Assembly (NCBI GenBank): GCA_964457815.1
Contig: CAYWFA010000001.1
Coordinates: 1-35,989 of the forward strand
Length of the DNA: 35,989 nt
Source of the DNA: Candidatus Woesearchaeota archaeon
GTDB taxonomy: Archaea; Nanobdellota; Nanobdellia; Pacearchaeales; GW2011-AR1
Direction: 5' to 3'
A model generated the notes under the pieces. It saw nothing but the letters and a program-made list of their open reading frames with translations. It was not told the DNA's origin and did not search any database. Position 1 is the stretch's first letter. The number at the start of each line of letters is the position of its first letter. The translations under genes and the position numbers were made by a program. Positions 1-7,510 of this stretch are shown in pieces.

Positions 1-640
1 AAAGCCAAACAAAATTATTTTCAACTCCTCTTGCAACCTTGAATTCACCAGAAGGAAGCAAAACTCCCACATCCACCTTTTTACCATCATAATTATCAAA
101 AGCAAAGATATAATCTTCTGCAAAAACAAAGTGAGGCAGCCCTTCAGCGTTAAATTGAACAGCGCAATCCTTCCCTGTTTTGAAAGAATGGAAAAGAAGA
201 GATTTTGGTTTGGAGTTTTCTTGATCAAAATAAAAGTACTCTTCTTTACCCACTATCCAATAATCCCATCCAGAGACATCAGAACTTACATCAACTACAG
301 TAAAATCGGGTAATTCTCCTATTTTATAATCAAGGGCAATTTCAACTGAGGTAACTTTATCTGAAATAATGCTTACTCCTGAAGAAAAAACAGGATTCAA
401 ATCAAGTAAAACTTCAAATTTTTTGACTCCTTCAGAAAGTTTGCCGAATTCAAAATACCCGTTAGCATCAGTATAAGTAAGAGCATTTCCTCCTACTCTT
501 ATTCCATATCCTACAAGAGGGTCACTCTTTTGCTTGAAATACAAATATCCCTCAAGTCCTCCAAAACCGCTTGGAGAATATTCTGGCTCACAGGACACTG
601 CAAAAAGTGCCACAAATGAAAACAAGATTAGCTTTTTCAT
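1..640 (-). CDS. Putative secreted lipoprotein with carboxypeptidase-regulatory-like beta-sandwich; C-terminal end runs off the window (absent from the supplied ORF track)
   Basis: Hand translation of the minus strand from the ATG at 640-638 gives MKKLILFSFVALFAVSCEPEYSPSGFGGLEGYLYFKQKSDPLVGYGIRVGGNALTYTDANGYFEFGKLSEGVKKFEVLLD... No stop was found in the part translated (640 down to about 240). Signal peptide ends in a lipobox-like AVSC. TDANGYFEF is the typical CarboxypepD_reg-like motif. Confidence 0.6.
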   Translation of the reverse strand, partial: MKKLILFSFVALFAVSCEPEYSPSGFGGLEGYLYFKQKSDPLVGYGIRVGGNALTYTDANGYFEFGKLSEGVKKFEVLLDLNPVFSSGVSIISDKVTSVEIALDYKIGELPDFTVVDVSSDVSGWDYWIVGKEEYFYFDQENSKPKSLLFHSFKTGKDCAVQFNAEGLPHFVFAEDYIFAFDNYDGKKVDVGVLLPSGEFKVARGVENNFVWL

Positions 641-651
641 CTCTTTATTTT

Positions 652-819
652 TTAATTGTTAACTTCTTTTTTTGGGAATTTCGGAAATTTTGAAATTCCT
701 TTTCTTTCCTGTTTGCCAACACGATTAACATGGGCAAGGAAGGAGGGAGCAATGAAATCTGAAAGATTTTCATTAACTGCTGCTTTCTCAAAGCGGCAAT
801 AAGATTTTGATGTTTTCAT
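652..819 (-). CDS. Small hypothetical protein (55 aa from the first ATG; the track ORF 652..858 begins at a TTG)
   Basis: ORF sits between the 112-aa gene and the lipoprotein gene on the same strand, 11 nt upstream of the lipoprotein ATG. No recognisable motifs. Confidence 0.3.
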   Translation of the reverse strand: MKTSKSYCRFEKAAVNENLSDFIAPSFLAHVNRVGKQERKGISKFPKFPKKEVNN

Positions 820-847
820 GACTTTATTTATTAAGTTAATATTTATG

Positions 848-1186
848 TTAATAATCAATTTTATTTAGTATGCCTTTGAAAATAAATCCAAAGATAAGTG
901 AGAGTGCAAATATTGCAATAACTAGTTGAAATTGGCTAATTTGAAAATCAAGATATAAAAGATCAAATAAAGAATTTAAGATATTCTTTAAAGTATTCCA
1001 AAAATCACTTATCAGATTATTTGTGTAAAAACTATCTGCATATTGGTTAGTGGAATAGAGCTCATTCGTATAAGCATTTCTTGGGCTTCCCATCTCTATA
1101 AATGGAATTGAGAGAATTGAAAAGACGCTTAGGATAAATGATGAGTACATCATTACTTTCCAGAAATTAGTGAAGAAATTTTTCAT
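848..1186 (-). CDS. Hypothetical small membrane protein (two predicted TM segments)
   Basis: ATG start. Hydrophobic stretches MMYSSFILSVFSILSIPFI and LVIAIFALSLIFGFIF. Same strand as its neighbours. Confidence 0.45.
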   Translation of the reverse strand: MKNFFTNFWKVMMYSSFILSVFSILSIPFIEMGSPRNAYTNELYSTNQYADSFYTNNLISDFWNTLKNILNSLFDLLYLDFQISQFQLVIAIFALSLIFGFIFKGILNKIDY

Positions 1187-1657
1187 GACTTTAGTTTTTA
1201 AATTGTTATTGATTTTGGTTTGTTATTTCTTGTTTTTAAGTTTGTTTTTTATTATTTTTATTTAATATTTTTTTGGTTTTTTATTGGATGGATAATTGGG
1301 TGTTTTATCAAGGATATTTTAAGGTATTTCGGGTTATTTCAAGTGAAATAAGGTAAAGGTTATTACTTATAGTAAGTAGAAGTTTTTTGTTTTTCTGTGT
1401 TTTTCTATGGTTTGTGCAGTGTCTGATGCGACAGCGCAGGTATTTCACATTGTTTAAATCAACAAAGTGAATTTCAAATCAAATTTAATTCAAAATCTTG
1501 TTATTATTCAGCTGTTTAATTTCTTTTTATTGAAATGTGGTGTGCTGAGTTGTTTGTGTTCGATTTTGTGTTTATTTGAAATGTTTTTCGTTTGGTTGTT
1601 GTTTTGTTTTATTTGGTGAATATTATTTTGTTGTTTGAGTTTTATTTGTTTTAAGTT

Positions 1658-3673
1658 TTAATTTAATCTTATTATTTTTTTCCATCCTTTGTCGCTTCTT
1701 TGTTCATATACTTTAATTGCTCCTTTAGACAGTAAATTGTTTTTAGCTATGTTTCCTTTTCTTGTAGAAAGTCCGATATTTTTGTATATTTCAACTGTGC
1801 TTAAAGCGTGATCGGGATTTCTTGAAAGAAACTCTATGAAGATATTTTCATCAAAAGAATCATTTAAAATTGAATTTTCTGGTTTCTCATTTGAAATTGT
1901 CTCAGAAATATTTTCAGATAACTTGACTTCACTTGTTGAATCAAAATAAGAGGGTTTGTTTATGGCTCTCTTAAGAAAAGAGTTTGTTGCTAAAAATATA
2001 TCAGTTTCATGATAAAGATTTTCAGAAAGACCATCTTGAAGCATATTTTCAGCTTCTTTAATTGAAATTCCTTTTTCTTGAACTTGCTTTTTTATGAAAT
2101 CATAAAGAACTTGCTGTACACTTGTTAACTCGCTTATTTCGTTTATATTTTTATTATTTGAATTGGGAATCTTTACTTCTTTTGATTTATCTTGAATATT
2201 TAAAGGTATTTCTGGTATTTCGTCTTGGATTTCAATTGTTTTTTCTTGTCCAATGAGTGCTTCTTTGAATTCAGGATCGTTTTTTTCAACTTCTAAACCT
2301 TGAACAACGCAATCCATTTTCAAGTTTATTTTATCATCAGAAATTGTATGGTCTCTTAAATCTGTGTAAGGAACTTTAATTAAAAAAGGACTGTTGTATC
2401 TTTCAGAAAGTTTAACTACAGCATGTCCAACAGGAAGCTGAGTGAAAATCTCTTTTTTTTCTGCTATCTGCATTATAGAGCTTATATCATAAACATCTTG
2501 AGGTAATTGCTGCTGAAATGCGATATGGCAAGCGCTATTTCCTTTAACAGTATCGCTTAATTTAGAGATATGTTGATCTAAACAAATCAAGCAGGTTCCA
2601 TACTCCCTCATTTCTCTGTAAATCATATCCGTTATAGATTCGGAAACAAAGTAAGTTTTTCCTTTAAGAAAAATATTATGAGCTTCATCAACTAAAATAG
2701 CATGATTGAACCCTTCAGTTGTTTTTTCAGAGTTGGCTTTTTTTAATTTGAAAATATAAGTTAAGATATATTCTGAAAAGAATTTTTTTTCTATATTTCC
2801 TAGTGAATTTAATTCAAAAATAACCTTTTTATCAAAGAGCTCTTCAACAGAAAGACTTTTTTTACCATCATAATTTATTACTTTTCCGAAATCTCCAAAA
2901 GTAAGTACAGACGCTATTCTAAGTGCACTTTCATACCATGTTGCTTCTCTTCCTCTTGATTCTCTTGCTTTTATTTCAAGCATCTTTTTGATGTGTTGCC
3001 AATTAGGATAATGAGGTGAACCTTTGTAAACTCCCCAACCTTCAAAAACCTCATCTAAGGTTTCAAGCAATATCTTGTGAACTCCAAAAGAAACACAAAA
3101 ACTTTCAGTTAACAAATCACACAAAGTGTTTATCCATTCTTTAGGTGAAATGCCTTTGGGGGGAATATTGATGTTTGTTTTAAATAAATTGCTAGTTGAA
3201 TCATTTCCAACAGTGAAACACATTACTTCTGGGTCTGAATTTATCAAGGATCTAAAACTTTTTTTCCAATCAAAAACCAAGAAAGGTTTATCTTTTTCTA
3301 TGAATCTTTCAAGAATATTCAAAGCTAAATTTGTTTTCCCTGAACCACTCATACCGCTAATACACACATGTCTTGGCCAATCTTGTTCTCTTAAAGAAAA
3401 AGGAAACAATTCCTTGCCGGCATAAACTACTTTGGAAAGCTCATATTCTCCTGAAACCTCTGATTGTTGTGGGGGTTCAAGCAAAACTTTCTTGTCTAAA
3501 AATTGTCCTAAATATTTTTGGTATAAAACGCTTAAAATCTGAATTATTTGATTTCTTTCTTCGGGAGATTCAGACATAGAATATTTGAAATAAAGCTCGT
3601 CTATTTTTCTTCCAAGTATCGGTTTAAGTTTTGAGCTTATTTCTTCTATTGAAAATGTTTTTTGATAAGACAT
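1658..3673 (-). CDS. HerA/FtsK-superfamily (DUF87-like) P-loop ATPase with C-terminal winged-helix-like tail
   Basis: 671-aa ORF with ATG start. Walker A is GMSGSGKT and Walker B is AILVDEAHNIF. HerA/DUF87-type segment REMREYGTCLICLDQHISKLSDTVKGNSACHIAFQQ. The last ~70 aa (LSTVEIYKNIGLSTRKGNIAKNNLLSKGAIKVYEQRSDKGWKKIIRL) look like a wHTH. No TM segment. Confidence 0.85.
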   Translation of the reverse strand: MSYQKTFSIEEISSKLKPILGRKIDELYFKYSMSESPEERNQIIQILSVLYQKYLGQFLDKKVLLEPPQQSEVSGEYELSKVVYAGKELFPFSLREQDWPRHVCISGMSGSGKTNLALNILERFIEKDKPFLVFDWKKSFRSLINSDPEVMCFTVGNDSTSNLFKTNINIPPKGISPKEWINTLCDLLTESFCVSFGVHKILLETLDEVFEGWGVYKGSPHYPNWQHIKKMLEIKARESRGREATWYESALRIASVLTFGDFGKVINYDGKKSLSVEELFDKKVIFELNSLGNIEKKFFSEYILTYIFKLKKANSEKTTEGFNHAILVDEAHNIFLKGKTYFVSESITDMIYREMREYGTCLICLDQHISKLSDTVKGNSACHIAFQQQLPQDVYDISSIMQIAEKKEIFTQLPVGHAVVKLSERYNSPFLIKVPYTDLRDHTISDDKINLKMDCVVQGLEVEKNDPEFKEALIGQEKTIEIQDEIPEIPLNIQDKSKEVKIPNSNNKNINEISELTSVQQVLYDFIKKQVQEKGISIKEAENMLQDGLSENLYHETDIFLATNSFLKRAINKPSYFDSTSEVKLSENISETISNEKPENSILNDSFDENIFIEFLSRNPDHALSTVEIYKNIGLSTRKGNIAKNNLLSKGAIKVYEQRSDKGWKKIIRLN

Positions 3674-4132
3674 TTAATCCTCTTCTCTTAAAATATCGTT
3701 TAATTCTTTGATTCTGCCTTGTTTTTCACTTAATTCTTTTTCATATGTTCTAAGTTCTTTTTTCAACAAAGCTATGTCTTTCCAACAATCGATTTTTTCG
3801 TTTAATTGAAGTTCAGAAATTTCTACTTGTTTGTTTCTTAGTGCATTCTTTTCGATAAGAGCTTCATTTTGTCCAAGAGCTCTTAAAGTATTTTCATTGA
3901 TTAAAATTAAATTGCTTATTTCAGATTTTATTGATTCTCCTTCTTTTATGAATTCCAAGCTCAATTTTTTTCTTTCTTCTATAAGCTGCTTTATTTCTGA
4001 GACTGCTTTTTTCAAAGAATCTATTCTTTCTTGTCCCACACTATCAATTAAACTTGATTCTGAAAAACCAGTTATTCTGGGTTTTTCAAGCCCTACTAGT
4101 GAAGATTTGTTTTTAATCTCTTTAATTTCCAT
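3674..4132 (-). CDS. Coiled-coil protein, directly abutting the downstream ATPase gene
   Basis: 152-aa ORF, ATG start, heptad-like K/E/L-rich sequence. Its stop codon (3674-3676) directly abuts the ATPase ATG (3673-3671), implying an operon. Confidence 0.7.
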   Translation of the reverse strand: MEIKEIKNKSSLVGLEKPRITGFSESSLIDSVGQERIDSLKKAVSEIKQLIEERKKLSLEFIKEGESIKSEISNLILINENTLRALGQNEALIEKNALRNKQVEISELQLNEKIDCWKDIALLKKELRTYEKELSEKQGRIKELNDILREED

Positions 4133-4210
4133 AATTATATAGTAGTGACAATATTTATAAACCTTTCCATTTTATACCTACTAAGTAGTTACATCAAATC
4201 AAAGATAAAG

Positions 4211-4220
4211 CTTTTTATAG
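4211..4220 (+). promoter_or_regulatory. Candidate archaeal TATA box for tRNA-Leu
   Basis: ctttttatag is centred about 30 nt upstream of the mature tRNA 5' end at 4248, which is the usual archaeal TATA spacing. Confidence 0.35.
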
Positions 4221-4247
4221 AGTTTTAATTTTGTAAATAAGCATTGA

Positions 4248-4331
4248 GTGGGTGTGCCGGAGCGGTCAAACGGGACAGACTCAAGATCTGTTAGCTTAGT
4301 GCTTACCTAGGTTCGAATCCTAGCACCCACA
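4248..4331 (+). tRNA. tRNA-Leu (anticodon CAA), class II, no encoded CCA
   Basis: Cloverleaf folded by hand. Acceptor GTGGGTG/CACCCAC. 3-bp D stem CCG/CGG with an 11-nt loop containing GG. Anticodon stem ACAGA/TCTGT with loop CT-CAA-GA. 15-nt variable arm (AGC-TTAGT-GCT). T arm CTAGG-TTCGAAT-CCTAG. Discriminator A. Confidence 0.93.
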
Positions 4332-4384
4332 TGTCAAATCTTTATATCAAAAGATTTATAAAAGAAATAATTCTAGGCTTTTTA

Positions 4385-4482
4385 TCTGCGAGCGAAAAGG
4401 CGCTCACAGGTTCTGCGAGCGCAAGCGATAGTAGAGTTAGTGTATTCTAAACTCTATTTGTCTTGTTTGATTTACCGCTTGC
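4385..4482 (+). promoter_or_regulatory. Candidate structured 5' leader of the rpl18e-rpl13-rps9 operon
   Basis: GC-rich island in AT-rich DNA. Direct repeat tctgcgagcg at 4385-4394 and 4412-4421. Mutually exclusive hairpins gagcg/cgctc (4390-4394/4401-4405) and gcgctc/gagcgc (4400-4405/4417-4422). Nested helices gcaagcg/cgcttgc (4421-4427/4476-4482) and tagagtt/aactcta (4432-4438/4450-4456). A TATA-like gatttataaaag at about 4353-4364 would place the transcript start near 4385. Confidence 0.3.
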
Positions 4483-4497
4483 TGAAAATAAAGTAAA

Positions 4498-4869
4498 ATG
4501 AAATCCAAAACAAAAATATCAAAACAACTAGAAAGAAAAACAAATTCAGATTTAGTGAAATCTATACTTGAAAGTAAAAAACAAGAAGCTTGGATTGAAG
4601 TTGCAAGAATTTTATCTGGTTCAAGAAGAAACAGAATAAGCATGAATCTTGATGAAATCAACTCAAAATGTAAGGAAGGAGAGAACATTGTAATTCCTGG
4701 AAAAGTTTTATCTCAAGGAGAGATTGATAAAAAAATAAAAATCATTGCCTTAAACTTCTCAGAAAAAGCAAAAGAAAAATTATTAAGTTCAAAATGCCAG
4801 ATATCTTATATTCAAGATGAAATTAAATCAAACCCTTCTGCAAAAGGAATTAGAATACTGAAAAAATGA
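4498..4869 (+). CDS. rpl18e: 50S ribosomal protein eL18 (L18e)
   Basis: 123 aa. Shows ...SGSRRNRISMNLDEIN...IVIPGKVLSQGEIDKKIKIIALNFSEKAKEKL...KGIRIL, typical of archaeal L18e. Overlaps the next gene by 4 nt (ATGA). Confidence 0.95.
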   Translation: MKSKTKISKQLERKTNSDLVKSILESKKQEAWIEVARILSGSRRNRISMNLDEINSKCKEGENIVIPGKVLSQGEIDKKIKIIALNFSEKAKEKLLSSKCQISYIQDEIKSNPSAKGIRILKK

Positions 4870-5258
4870 AAGTTATAGATGGTACAAATGCTGTTCTTGG
4901 AAGATTGGCTAGCTTTGTTGCAAAAGAAGCACTTAAAGGAGAAGAAATAAAAATAATTAACTGCGAAAAAATTATTATTACGGGAAATAAAAAGTCAATA
5001 GAAAAAGAATTTTTTGAAACAAGAAACAGAGTGGGTACAAGGCAAATAGGGCCAAAGGTTTCAAGGGTAAGTGAAAAGATAGTTAAAAGAACTATAAGAG
5101 GGATGCTTCCTGATCACAGACAAGGAAGAGGAAGACAAGCATTTAAAAGAATAATGTGTTATAATAAAGTTCCCCAAGAATTAAAAGACTTGAAAGCTAT
5201 TTCATTGAATGAAAAGGAAAAAAGAAAGTATATTGAAGTTAAGGAGATTTCAAAATGA
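4866..5258 (+). CDS. rpl13: 50S ribosomal protein uL13
   Basis: 130 aa. MKVIDGTNAVLGRLASFVAKEALKGEEIKIINCEKIIITG...RGMLP motifs match archaeal L13. Conserved position between L18e and S9. Confidence 0.95.
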   Translation: MKVIDGTNAVLGRLASFVAKEALKGEEIKIINCEKIIITGNKKSIEKEFFETRNRVGTRQIGPKVSRVSEKIVKRTIRGMLPDHRQGRGRQAFKRIMCYNKVPQELKDLKAISLNEKEKRKYIEVKEISK

Positions 5259-5656
5259 ATAAAATAATGACATCTGGCAAAAGAAAAACTGCAATAGCAA
5301 GAGCCGAAATAAAAGAAGGGACAGGAAAAATTACATTAAATAAAATTAATTATGAAAATTTACATAAATTTGATGTTTTAAGGATAAAAGAACCTTTACT
5401 TATTGCAGAAAAAATATTAGGAAAAATTAACTTTGATGTTGCTATTAATGTTAAAGGCGGAGGAGAAAAAGGACAAGTTGATGCAGCTAGACTTGCTCTT
5501 GCAAGAGCAATAGTTAAATTCACAGGTTCAGAACAAGTAGAAGACGCATTTTTTGATTATGATAGAAACCTTTTAGTTGCAGATGTAAGAAGAAAGGAGC
5601 CAAACAAACCTGGAGATTCCAAAGCAAGAGCTAAAAGGCAAACTTCTTACAGATAA
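5255..5656 (+). CDS. rps9: 30S ribosomal protein uS9
   Basis: 133 aa. SGKRKTAIARA...GGGEKGQVDAARLALARAI...DVRRKEPNKPGDSKARAKRQTSYR. AAGGAG ribosome-binding site 8 nt upstream of the ATG. Confidence 0.95.
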   Translation: MNKIMTSGKRKTAIARAEIKEGTGKITLNKINYENLHKFDVLRIKEPLLIAEKILGKINFDVAINVKGGGEKGQVDAARLALARAIVKFTGSEQVEDAFFDYDRNLLVADVRRKEPNKPGDSKARAKRQTSYR

Positions 5657-5720
5657 GGAGATTTAAGGGGTATTTCAGATATTTCAAAGCATTTATAAAA
5701 CTTGAAGTTTAATTATTGAA

Positions 5721-6014
5721 ATGAAAAAGGGTGAAGAAAAAGCAAAAAAAGAAAGAGAAGAAGCTTGGATGAGAATTCCAATAGGGATTGTTTCGGGAGT
5801 AATCATTTATGTTTGGGCTTACTTAATTGGAATATTTTTCCTTGTTAATTTCTTTTACAAGATATTTACTGGTAAAAGAATAGATGATTTAGCAAGAATG
5901 TCTGAATGCTGGAACACTCAACAGTATCATTTCTTTAGATATATGACATTTTCAACAAATGAAAGACCTTTTCCTTTTGTTGAACTTAAAAAAGACTTGA
6001 ATAAATTGCAATAA
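5721..6014 (+). CDS. Small membrane protein, DUF4389-like
   Basis: 97 aa. RIPIGIVSGVIIYVWAYLIGIFFLVNFFYKIFTGKR...RYMTFSTNERPFPF resembles the DUF4389 pattern (R-IP...TG+...Y...D.YPPF). Assignment is from memory of the family consensus. Confidence 0.5.
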   Translation: MKKGEEKAKKEREEAWMRIPIGIVSGVIIYVWAYLIGIFFLVNFFYKIFTGKRIDDLARMSECWNTQQYHFFRYMTFSTNERPFPFVELKKDLNKLQ

Positions 6015-6015
6015 A

Positions 6016-6435
6016 TTAATTTTTCTTTGTTTTTAATTGCTCTAATTTATCTTGAACATGATTGAAAAGAATTGTTGAAACCAAGGGTTTGTGCTTGCCT
6101 TCATGAATTTGTCCGTCAAATTTAACTTTTCCAACATAAGCAAAATTCCTAAGAATTTTCTTTAAGCCATTCACAGAAAGTTTATGTTTTTGAGCTAAGA
6201 TAGAAAGATTTGTTTCGGGTTTTAAAAATTCTTCAAAGATTTCCTCTACTTCTCTGGAATTCTGGGCAGGAGTTAATATTTTGTTTCGTAAATCCCATTC
6301 ATAACCAAAAGGGGCTCGGGACATATGTTTTCCTTCTGAAAACTTCTTTATCATACCCTTTTTTTGAGAAATCCCTCTATTTTCTTTCTTGGGTTGTTCT
6401 ATTTCAAATTCATGTCCACATTTTGGGCATTTCAT
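6016..6435 (-). CDS. Stand-alone serine-recombinase 'Recombinase' (PF07508-like) DNA-binding domain protein with N-terminal CxxC; no resolvase catalytic domain
   Basis: 139 aa. CPKCGHEF, then RAPFGYEWD...EVEEIFEEFL...LSILAQKHKLS...LKKILRNFAYVGKVKF...HEGKHKPLVSTILFNHVQDKL matches the recombinase-domain consensus (PfGY ... iL.n..Y.G ... H.plis...f..vq). Its ATG overlaps the xerA stop (ATGA at 6432-6435). Confidence 0.7.
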   Translation of the reverse strand: MKCPKCGHEFEIEQPKKENRGISQKKGMIKKFSEGKHMSRAPFGYEWDLRNKILTPAQNSREVEEIFEEFLKPETNLSILAQKHKLSVNGLKKILRNFAYVGKVKFDGQIHEGKHKPLVSTILFNHVQDKLEQLKTKKN

Positions 6436-7265
6436 TTCATTACCTCGTCTATAGGAGATTTAATTTTTTTAAGTTCTTCTCTTGAAATATGAGTATAAAT
6501 TTGGGTAGTTGAAAGGTCACTATGTCCAAGCAATTCTTGTATCTTTCTTATATCTGTTCCATTCTCTAAAAGATGTGTGGCAAAACTGTGCCTTAAAGTG
6601 TGGCAATGAACATCTTTTTGTATACCTGCACGCTTTCCTGCCTTGGATATTATCTTTTGTAAATTTCTTTCTGAAAGTTTGTCTTTTGGGCCACTAAAAA
6701 GATATTCTTGTTTCAATTCTTTTTGTTTTTCAACCTGTATTTTCAAATCTTCCAATAAAAATTCTGGAATATTGAAAACTCGATCTTTCTTGCCTTTCCC
6801 TTGTCTAACGCTTCCAATTTTTTCTTGAAAATTCAAATCTTTGACTTTCAAATTAACTAATTCAGATACTCTGAAACCACAAGCATACATAAAAGAAACC
6901 ATTAACTTTGATTTTTTTGTATCAATAACTTCAATTAATTTCTTTATTTCTTCTTTTGTTAAAACTGTTGGTATTTTCTTTTCTTTTTTTGGACGTTTTA
7001 TATTTACAGTTATATCTTTATGCAAAATATTGGAAAATGAGTACCTTAATGCTGAAAGAAAAACGATCAATGAAGATGAAGAGGATTCATTGAATTTGTT
7101 TGCAAGATATGTTTTCACATCATCTTCATCTATATCTTCTGGATTTTTTTTCACTGAATCTAAAAACTTTCTGTTGCAATCCAAATAGTTCCTAAGAGTA
7201 TATTCTGAATTCTTTGAAATTTTCAGTTCAACCTCAAGTTTTTTTAAAAAATCTTCTTTATCCAT
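6432..7265 (-). CDS. xerA: Tyrosine recombinase, XerA/XerCD-like
   Basis: 277 aa. N-terminal SAM-like domain (YTLRNYLDCNRKFL). Catalytic signature ACGFRVSEL ... HCHTLRHSFATHLLENGTDIRKIQELLGHSDLSTTQIYTHI (R, H-x-x-R, H, Y). Length is typical of archaeal XerA. Confidence 0.9.
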   Translation of the reverse strand: MDKEDFLKKLEVELKISKNSEYTLRNYLDCNRKFLDSVKKNPEDIDEDDVKTYLANKFNESSSSSLIVFLSALRYSFSNILHKDITVNIKRPKKEKKIPTVLTKEEIKKLIEVIDTKKSKLMVSFMYACGFRVSELVNLKVKDLNFQEKIGSVRQGKGKKDRVFNIPEFLLEDLKIQVEKQKELKQEYLFSGPKDKLSERNLQKIISKAGKRAGIQKDVHCHTLRHSFATHLLENGTDIRKIQELLGHSDLSTTQIYTHISREELKKIKSPIDEVMK

Positions 7266-7336
7266 AAATCCCCCTTTATATTAATAATAAAAATTGTACG
7301 AACCTATTTAAATATATTTGAATTATGTATAATTAA

Positions 7337-7492
7337 TCACTTCTTTTTGTTTTTTGTGGAATTCATGAGCTCTCTTTGATTGATTAATACAATAATTACT
7401 GCTCCTGCAATAAACCAGGGATTTATTGTAAAAGATAAAACTAAAAAAATTAAAGCAAGTATAGAAAGAAAAAACAATCTTGGGTTTATCAT
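7337..7492 (-). CDS. Possible 51-aa membrane peptide (below the ORF-track cutoff)
   Basis: Hand translation gives MINPRLFFLSILALIFLVLSFTINPWFIAGAVIIVLINQRELMNSTKNKKK. Two hydrophobic segments. Same strand as the flanking genes. Confidence 0.3.
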   Translation of the reverse strand: MINPRLFFLSILALIFLVLSFTINPWFIAGAVIIVLINQRELMNSTKNKKK

Positions 7493-7510
7493 TCTAAAAC
7501 CTATTTAATA

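Noticed and set aside
131-313. 60-aa plus-strand ORF from the track (GTG start)
   Set aside because: It lies entirely antisense to the much longer open minus-strand frame (1-640), which has a clear signal peptide and a CarboxypepD_reg motif. It is most likely a shadow ORF.
1414-1440. Possible C/D-box sRNA (ctga and tgatgc motifs) in the GC island of the long spacer
   Set aside because: I found only a degenerate C-box-like TGATGC and one CTGA. There is no properly spaced C/D/C'/D' set or terminal stem.
4336-4357. AT-only hairpin aaatcttt-atatca-aaagattt just after the tRNA, and the AT palindrome aattat-gt-ataatt at 7321-7334 as a possible dif site
   Set aside because: Short all-A/T inverted repeats are expected by chance at this base composition. 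There is no similarity to a recognisable 28-bp dif-type architecture.
4248-7265. Integrated mobile element at tRNA-Leu with the XerA-like gene as its integrase
   Set aside because: The recombinase is 2 kb from the tRNA, with the essential L18e-L13-S9 operon in between. I found no duplicated tRNA 3' fragment (att-like direct repeat). XerA-like size and motifs fit a chromosomal dimer-resolution enzyme equally well.
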